DNA of 64,000 nucleotides from Octopus vulgaris (taxonomy: Eukaryota), in contig OX597828.1 in the NCBI GenBank assembly GCA_951406725.2, forward strand, positions 53,320,001-53,384,000. Reading direction: 5' to 3'. Numbering within the stretch: the first letter of the stretch is position 1; the number at the start of each line of letters is the position of its first letter. Position numbers and translations under genes: made by a program. Below the pieces are notes generated by a model. It did no database searches, had not been told where the DNA came from, and was given only the letters and a program-made list of their open reading frames with translations. Below, one piece after another: positions 57,000 through 64,000 of this stretch.

Positions 57000-57607
57000 G
57001 GCAGAATGTTCCAGTGAAGGCCTCAATAAAATGTAAGCACAACGGACTTGATATAATGATTTGGGATAGAGAAGAGAAACTGTGTACAGTTGTGGAAAGT
57101 AGCTGCCCAACGGATGTTAACATAAAGCTGAAGATCAATGAAAAAGAGAATACCTATGCTGGACTATTGAGAAATCTGCAGTTAATCATTCCAGGTTCAG
57201 GTTTATACCTGTAATTATTGGGGCATGGGATCCGTAACACACTGCCTAATCTTGAGAAATTAGGCCCCTCAAAACCAAAAAGGCGAAAGTTGATTCGAGG
57301 ACTACAGATCCAAACCATCACTAGAACTGTAAAAATCTGTAAAACTTTTCTGAAGTTTAGCATTTAAAAACATATATAAGCATGTATAGATATGCAACTA
57401 AATGCATGAAAATACATACATAAAGCAAAACATACAAATCTGCACACATACATACATACATACATACATACATACATACATACATACATACATACATACA
57501 TACCCTGTTGTTGATGTTGAAATTCCAATGAAGGAGCCTTGGATCTAGGTTAGAAACCGACTCTCTCTATTGGCCAGCAATCTTGAAATAAAACTGAACA
57601 ATGACAT
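56999..57607 (+). mobile_element. 5'-truncated RLE non-LTR retrotransposon (second R4-like family)
   Basis: WQNVPVKASIKCKHNGLDIMIWDREEKLCTVVESSCPTDVNIKLKINEKENTY...FIPVIIGA..., stop at about 57367; the 3' UTR has (TACA)n, a stem-loop and AATAAA. Confidence 0.82.
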
Positions 57608-57946
57608 CCATGCTCAAGAGTTGACATAGATAGAGAGAGGAAGATTGAAGGAGAGAAAGAGAAAGCAAAAAGATAACAAAATGATATGTATATACAAACC
57701 GGTTCGGCTGCTCTACATTGATATAGGGCAAATACCCTGAAACTAGTCTGTAGATGCCAGACCAGCAAGGGGAAGCGACTAACCTCCCCTGTTCGAAGGT
57801 TATAATGGACACAGATTCGTGTGTCACATAGCTAGCTAGAGGCGATGGCCTCTTGGAGCTAATCAACGGCAGCATTCGTCCTATTTTTCTGGACTGCCAT
57901 GTTAGCTTGGCGATGACTATTAAATCCACACATATATGTATATATA

Positions 57947-58332
57947 GGCGCAGGAGTGGCTGTGTGGTAAGTAGCTTGCTAACCAACCACATGGTTCCGG
58001 ATTCAGTCCCACTGCGTGGCATCTTGGGCAAGTGTCTTCTGCTATAGCCTCGGGCCGACCAAAGCCTTGTGAGTGGATTTGGTAGACGGAAACGGAAAGA
58101 AGCCTGTCGTATATATGTATATATATGTGTGTGTGTGCGTGTGTTTGTGTGTCTGTGTTTGTCCCCCTAGCATTGCTTGACAACCGATGCTGGTGTGTTT
58201 ACGTCTCCGTCATTAGCGGTTCGGCAAAAGAGACCGATAGAATAAGTACTGGGCTTACAAAGAGTAAGTCCCGGGGTTGATTTGCTCGACTAAATGACTG
58301 AAACAAGTAAAAGAGTAAAAGAGTAAAAGAGT
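57947..58332 (+). mobile_element. SINE family A, full length with a deletion of about 30 bp near the tail
   Basis: Matches the reference copy; cgactaaa|tgactgaaac junction at an AAA microhomology. Confidence 0.92.
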
Positions 58333-58480
58333 AATATATACATATATATTTTTTTTTATACACACACACACACACACACGTATATTTAGCCCGATCGAGT
58401 AGAAGAGAGATTGATAAAACCGACTGACAAGCAGATAGACAGCATGCATACACATATACGACAGAGAGAGAAATAGGGAC

Positions 58481-58529
<49 letters not shown>

Positions 58530-59726
58530 TGTTTATTATAGATAATCTCGATGAAGATGTGCATATATGGAGCAGACTTAGGATCAAAGGCTTCCCAACA
58601 GTGACCATCTCGACTTCTTTATGGACAGAAAAACGCAAAATTGTATGACCCAACGTAATGTATTCTTAGGGGACGGGATTTTAGCTGCTATTTCCAGTAG
58701 AGTGAGGTTGCACTTCGACACACAATATTTATGGTTAGTCTATAAACATTGTGTTATCAATATAATGCTTACGTCAGCCATTAACAGCTAAGAGCATAAT
58801 CGATCGTATTGGGGAGAGCAGGGAGAAAGGGAGAGTAGATAGAGAGTAGTAGGTGGAGAGAGAACGAGAGTGGTGGAGAGGTAGAAGAAGATAGAGAGGT
58901 AAATTAGAGAAGAGGGAAGCATGGAATGAAAAAGAGTGAGAGAGTGGAGTGGAAGATACAAAGAGATAGAGAGAGAAAGTTAGCAATCCGCTACATCGGT
59001 TATGAACTGAGATAGAAAAGTTAAGACCGAACGGTAGAAAGAATGACACATACACGCGTCTACGTGTACGCACACACTCGTACACGCATACACACACATA
59101 CACACACATACACACAAATGCACACGCACACGCACACACGTGACACACACAAAGACAGAGAAAGTGGTAAGAATCCAACGAGGCAGAACAGAGACCGCCA
59201 ATGGTGACTGTCTGGGATATTTCCTTTGTGACTTCTACAACAAACAGTCCTAAACTCTAGAAATAGACTGCCAACAACACATCATTCTTCGTTTGTACAC
59301 TAGCGGTTTTTCTCTTTTTGTCGTTCTTATTTTGTTATAGAAATAAAAATACATGTGCGCGCGCGCTCGTGTGTATGTGTGTGTGCGTGTACGTGTGTGT
59401 ACACAAGAAATTTTTTTTATTATATTAAAGAACTGCCCTCGTAGCTCACATTGCGGAGGAAATTTTGAAATAAAGAATGGTGTAAACAATTTGTAAAGTA
59501 ATACTCATTTATGTGTGTGTACACGTGTCCATGTGTGTAGGTGTGTGCGTGTGCATGAGTACATACACTCCCATGCATATATGCATGCATACAAATGCAT
59601 GTAATATATACATATAATTATACATATATATGCATGTATGTATGCATAAATATAAACATATACATGTGAATACATAAGTATAGGTGTGCATGTATATATA
59701 TATGTGTGTGTGTATGTGTGTGTGTG

Positions 59727-59758
<32 letters not shown>

Positions 59759-60124
59759 GGGGGGGTGCGTGTGTAGGTGTGTGTACAGGTATGAATGAAT
59801 ATATGAAAGGGATTTTTCTTTGATCTTGAATTCCAACATATATATTTTCATCCTCCATATAACTTCAATGCTGATAGTGGTTAGGTGGTAGTGGTGGTGG
59901 TGGTCGTGGTGGTCGTGGTGGTCGTGGTTGTCGTCGTCGTCGTCGTTGTCGTCGTCGTTGTCATCGTCATAGTGGAGATGCCGGGTGTGGTGCTGATATT
60001 GGACTTGGTGGACTTCTGACTAAACAATCCAATGGTGACTACAACACCTCAATAGTTTATATGTTGTATACAAGAGAGTGAGAAACTAATTTTGAATAAA
60101 TTATCAAAACATCAAATCAGCAAC

Positions 60125-60400
60125 AAAGCAGAATAATAGAATAATATGACTGAATATTATAACATAATGGTATAACAGAATCATTATAACAATTTAATAA
60201 CTGAATATTATAACAAAATATTATCATAACAGAATAGAATAACAATACTATAACTGAATAGAATAACAGAGTATTACAATATTATAACAAAATATTATTA
60301 CTACAGGTTATTAAATAGAATAACAGAATATCTTAACAGAATACTAGAATAGAATAATAGAATATAATAGAATACCACTATAACAGAATAGTATAAAAAT
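60125..60400. repeat. Degenerate AT-rich minisatellite (taacagaata/gaata units)
   Basis: Recurrent ataacagaat variants. Confidence 0.7.
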
Positions 60401-60524
60401 TATAGGTTCTCTTATTCTAAAGACCGCTATAGAAACTTGTGAAGGAATTTTATTTAATTCCTTATCTATCTATCATTCTATCTATCTATCTATCTCTGTG
60501 TGTGTGTGTGTGTGTCTGTCTGTC

Positions 60525-60525
<1 letters not shown>

Positions 60526-60601
<76 letters not shown>

Positions 60602-60765
60602 GATAGATAGATGATAGATAGATGATAGATATATGATAGATATATGATAGATATATGATAGATATATGATAGATAGATAGATAGATGACAGATAGATAGA
60701 TGATAGATAGATAAATAGATAGATGATAGATTGATAGATAGATCGATGATAGATGGATAGATAGA
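60526..60765. repeat. (GATA)n microsatellite with GAT variants
   Basis: Tetranucleotide run. Confidence 0.93.
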
Positions 60766-61671
60766 TTACGTGGCTGTGTGGTTGCGAAGCAAGCTTCTTA
60801 CCACACAGCCACGCAATTAAGTTCTTAATTAAGGCATCTTTTTAATTGCTTTATTTCTTAATTCGAGAATTTGAATCTTTAGGTCTACTTAAGGAATGGA
60901 ATACAAATATGACCAACTCATCTTATTTCTGGAACAATCCATCTATGACTACACTAGGCAATGTATCCATCCATGATTCAGAGGGTAATGTATGATATGA
61001 GGGAGATTTTACTATTGTTTCTAAAAGGTCGAACGATAACGAAAACGTTCCTTATAATTATGTAGGAACCGAGCGAATTTAACAAATTATGTGTTTGTCC
61101 TTCGCAATAATGATTTAAGCGATTCTTCTAAAGAAAGGTTTCATTAACCTAGATCTTAATTAATTTATAGAAACCATAAACGAGATGGATTTTTTATGCT
61201 TTTTTTTTTTCTCTCTCTTTCGATTTCTTTCTGTTCTTGACATTTCTTCAACAGGTTGGATGGAATATCATATCATTAGCAGACCTTCAACCTGATTTGG
61301 CACTCAGGAAATTCTTCATCAAGATATAATGGTCGTTTAAGTTCTTGAGTGGAATTAATTAAAGACACAGGTCAAAATCATTATCATCAGAAATGGCAAT
61401 ATCGGGTTACACCTGAAATTTCTACCAACCAGCTTGTCATTCTTCACGTTGAAAGTACCAAGATCCCTCTATGTGCTCACGCGGTCTGCTAGATGTAGCA
61501 GCCAAACCATCCTCATTTCTCACACACAACATTTACTAAATCAAATAGAGTACAGTGAACAATGTAATTATACTGGTCATGTTTGGAATGCCTTTGATGT
61601 ATTTACTCGACGTGGGCTAAATACAGGTTAAGTAACAACTGCTTATCTGTCTGTCTGTCAGTCTCTGTCTC

Positions 61672-61758
<87 letters not shown>

Positions 61759-61837
61759 GTATGTATAGAAGGGCATCGCCAAAGGCCTGGTTGGACGCAC
61801 AGCATTCCGAGTATATATATATATATATATATATATA

Positions 61838-62059
61838 TTCTCTTTGCTCTTTACTCTTTTACTTGTTTCAGTTATTTGACTGTGGCCATGCTGGATCACC
61901 GCCTTTAGTTGAGCAAATCGACCCCAGGACTTATTTTTTGTAAGCCTAGTACTTATTCTATCGGTCTCTTTTGCCGAACCGCTAAGTTACGGAGACGTAA
62001 GCACAACAGCATCGGTTGTCAAGCGATGTTGGGGGGACCAAACACAGACGCACAAGCAT

Positions 62060-62112
<53 letters not shown>

Positions 62113-62270
62113 CGACGGGCTTCTTTCAGTTTCCGTCTACCAAATCCACTCACAAGGCTTTGGTCCGTCCAAGGCTACAGTAGAAGATACTTACCCAAGG
62201 TGCCACACAGTAGAACTGAACCCGAAACCTTGTGGTAGGGAGGCAAGCTTCTTACGACACAGCCACGCTT
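61838..62270 (-). mobile_element. SINE family A, full length
   Basis: Reverse complement of the reference copy; a diverged family B fragment follows at about 62280-62400. Confidence 0.92.
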
Positions 62271-63534
62271 GTGTCTATTTTATTTTATCGACCGCTGGGT
62301 GGTGAAAGGTAAAGCTGACCTTAGCAGGACTTCAATGCAGAGCACCAAGAATCAGAACGAATCACACAAATTCTTCTATCAATACTATGACGATTGTACC
62401 AATTCACTAAATAATAATTCCACGTAAACTTTACCAACGTGTTTAATGAATTTGAATATAACATCAAATTTAGAACTGTTATAAAATGTTATATAATATA
62501 ATATGCAGGTTAATATATAATATGATACGAATGTTAATACATATATATATATTTATGTATACACACAATATGATATAATATTTATGTTAATATATATATA
62601 TATATACGATTAGTGATTGCCTTAACCTCATGAAGGGATGCTTTCATCTCCAATCAACCTACCGACCTCTCCCCCATCATATATCAATAAAAATCATAAA
62701 TTGTATCAACAAGTCTTCTATTCTGAATTCATAAACACACATAAAACATCTAGGGGTATATTCCAACCCCCTGAAGATATTATGCTCTGGTCATATACAT
62801 ATATACTTAGTATTTACTTAATAGTTACTGAGTATTAATTGAAACGGCTGTAAGGGATGATAATTAATTTGCTGTTAATAATAAGCAATTAATTTCTCAA
62901 TCTCCATTTTCTTTTTCTTCTTATGCATGTATATATATTTATATGTGTGTGTCGTGCGTGTATGTGTGTGTGTATACGGCTGTGTTTATACACTTCAGCT
63001 GTGGTTTAACAAGGCTACCGATGGTTTCGTGCAATAAAGAATCTCTTTACAATTATCAAGTGTGTATTCTCATTTATTGTCATCCAAATTGGTGATATGA
63101 GTACCAAGTGGTAGGCTTGATGATTGCTAACCCACAAATAAAGAGTATTTATCTACCAATGCGGTACTGATCACCAAATGTCACTGTTCAAGATTAGCGC
63201 GTGTGTGTGTGTGTGTGTGTGTAATGTAAAAAAAAAAAAAACGACGTAAAAATAACAGTACGTGAATATAAATGTGGGTGGATTTCTACCAAAACGGATG
63301 AGAATCAAAGAAATAAAAAACAGATAATGACACTTACAACAATAAAACCAACAGCAATAACTATGACAGCAGCAACAGCAACAGCAAAAACAATATCGGT
63401 GACCTCTGTAAAATGAGGTATCGAACACGCTGGAATGAAACTAAGGAACTCAGACATAGCTCTTTTGCCAGCGGCGTTCATCTTTGCCGAGAGAAACGAT
63501 GATACATTAATAACACATGTCTAAGTCTAGCACT

Positions 63535-63800
63535 ACCCCCCCCCCCACCATACACACACCACACACACGATACGTACACACTGACACCACCACCACCACC
63601 ACCACCACCGCCATCATCACTGCCAACATCAACACCACTACCATAACCACTAACAACACTGCAAACAACAACAGCATTACAACCGTCGTCGTCATCATCA
63701 TCATCAACATCATCATCAACAACATCCTCATCATCAACATCATCATCATCATCATCATTGTCGTCATCGTCATCATCATCACTACAGCCGTTACCAACAC
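63535..63800. repeat. Degenerate (CAC/CAA/CAT)n triplet array
   Basis: Visible triplet runs. Confidence 0.88.
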
Positions 63801-64000
63801 TGAAAATGGGAAAAATATTTTTTTTTTAAATTAATACGAAAATACAAATATCAATATGAATAAACAATAACTAAAAATAAAAAAAAAAACACAGTCTGTT
63901 TAATTATTTAATAATTTGGAGCTGTACAGAAAGAAAAGCCGATTAAATTGTACGGTTTTAAGTTAAACCACGTCTCTCTAGCCCCCCACCCTCTCTAACC

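Noticed and set aside
57525-57575. Hammerhead-like ccaatgaagg...gaaacc
   Set aside because: The core reads CCAAUGA, not CUGANGA; better explained as a 3' UTR stem-loop (ccaat/attgg) of the R4-like element.

Overview
AT-rich eukaryotic intergenic or intronic DNA with no recognisable host protein-coding gene. Nearly all entries in the ORF track are translations of microsatellites ((TA)n, (TG)n, (GATA)n, (TACA)n, (CAT)n, (GAA)n, (TAA)n). The microsatellite load and SINE types look like an octopus (coleoid cephalopod) genome; this is an inference, not a search result. The non-simple sequence is mostly transposon debris: about 20 copies or fragments of one tRNA-derived SINE (family A), several copies of a second (family B), and a modular set of SINEs that swap heads and tails. 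Also present are decayed CR1-like, R4/Dong-like and Penelope-like (PLE) retroelements, mariner/Tc1/Tigger remnants, a canonical non-autonomous Helitron and a 161-bp solo LTR. The most interesting signals are: (i) a PLE 3' end carrying a tRNA-like A/B-box module upstream of a hammerhead ribozyme motif; (ii) several decayed hammerhead motifs from different families; (iii) R4-like elements and a 525-bp non-coding element sitting in (TAA)n or (TACA)n tracts; (iv) long, near-perfect inverted repeats. No intact novel protein system could be supported. All element boundaries were read by eye and are approximate unless a target-site duplication (TSD) is given.
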